Below are positions 63,321 to 64,000 of a stretch of 64,000 nucleotides of DNA, piece by piece. The DNA is from an uncultured Acidobacteriota bacterium (lineage in GTDB: Bacteria > Acidobacteriota > Thermoanaerobaculia > Gp7-AA8 > CAVUJZ01), in the NCBI GenBank assembly GCA_963741905.1, contig CAVUJZ010000012.1, positions 80,758 through 144,757 of the forward strand, written 5' to 3'. Under the pieces are notes generated by a model that made no database searches, was not told the origin of the DNA, and saw only the letters and a list, made by a program, of their open reading frames with translations. Position 1 is the stretch's first letter. Each line of letters opens with the position of its first letter. The translations under genes were made by a program, and so were the position numbers.

Positions 63321-64000
63321 TTACTTCAGCTTCTCGACCTCATCGAAGAAGCGCATGGTGGATTCGAACCGGCGTCTGCGCGCCTCGCCGCGCTCCAACC
63401 CGAGGTCGATCAGACGTTCGATCACTCGTGGGTACTTCAGTTCGGTCGCTTCCCACAGCTTCGGGTACATCGAGATGCGGGTGAACCCGGGGATGGTATT
63501 GATCTCGTTCAGATAGAGACGGTCGGTGCCCCGCTCCATGAAGAAATCCACCCGCGAATAGCCGGAGCCGCCGATGGCCCGAAAGGCGGCCACGGCGAGC
63601 CTGCGAATCTCCTCGGCTTTCTGCGGTGATACCTTCGCGGGGATGACCAGCGACGAGCGGTCATCGATGTACTTGTCCTTGTAGTCGTAGAACTCGCCAC
63701 CGGTCATGACTTCGCCTGGAACCGAGGCTTGCGGATCCTCATTACCCAGGACCGAGACCTCGATCTCGCGGGCATCGATCCCGCGCTCGATGAGGACTTT
63801 TTCGTCGAACCGGAGAGCAGCTTCCATGGCGCGGTCGAGGTCCTCTTCGGCCTTGACCTTGGTCACGCCGACCGAGGATCCGGCATTGGCGGGTTTGACG
63901 AACCAGGGGAGGCGGAATCCGTTTCTGATGGAGCGCTGAATTCGCTCCGGGTCGTGGAGCCAGTCGTGCTCGGAGACGGGAATCCAGTCGACGATCGGCA
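63321..64000 (-). CDS. ddl: D-alanine--D-alanine ligase, C-terminal ATP-grasp part (5' end outside window)
   Basis: FVKPANAGSSVG, EIEVSVLGN, YDYKDKY, SRVDFF, YLNEINTIPGFT. The frame is open to the window edge. Confidence 0.85.
   Translation of the reverse strand, partial: PIVDWIPVSEHDWLHDPERIQRSIRNGFRLPWFVKPANAGSSVGVTKVKAEEDLDRAMEAALRFDEKVLIERGIDAREIEVSVLGNEDPQASVPGEVMTGGEFYDYKDKYIDDRSSLVIPAKVSPQKAEEIRRLAVAAFRAIGGSGYSRVDFFMERGTDRLYLNEINTIPGFTRISMYPKLWEATELKYPRVIERLIDLGLERGEARRRRFESTMRFFDEVEKLK

Overview
GC-rich bacterial chromosomal segment; the taxon cannot be determined from the sequence alone. Core genes: the 3' part of an SNF2 helicase, endonuclease III, a 1347-aa sigma-54 activator, a DEAD-box RNA helicase, a SWIM/SNF2 helicase pair, a CheR-PAS-GAF histidine kinase, patatin, an L,D-transpeptidase/M23 pair, a tetR-tolC-MFP-RND efflux operon, an Rrf2-sufBCDSUT Fe-S operon and ddl. 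Accessory DNA is concentrated at 32.6-40.9 kb. There, on the minus strand, small ORFs are separated by ~100-nt imperfect hairpins bounded by inverse GTTRRRY-type boxes. Each unit's first 9-11 nt are the reverse complement of the box at its own 3' end. I read this as an integron-type gene-cassette array with no integrase in the window. It carries a diverged, twice-present two-gene small-protein module that I cannot assign to a family. It also holds a HEPN/MNT pair, an orphan Vsr, an IS30 relic and a MITE family with 19-bp terminal inverted repeats. Two unrelated long-period tandem arrays are present: a 172-nt unit upstream of the DEAD-box helicase, and a ~175-nt unit between the efflux and suf operons. 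The second is split by an IS1380-family element and carries a reiterated small minus-strand ORF. Many conserved genes (sufB, RND pump, MFP, tolC, tetR, SNF2, CheR-kinase, PqqB-like hydrolase) are interrupted by single-nucleotide indels, mostly in short homopolymers and partly clustered. Pseudogene calls are therefore provisional. Most long ORFs antisense to these genes are GC-driven artefacts.
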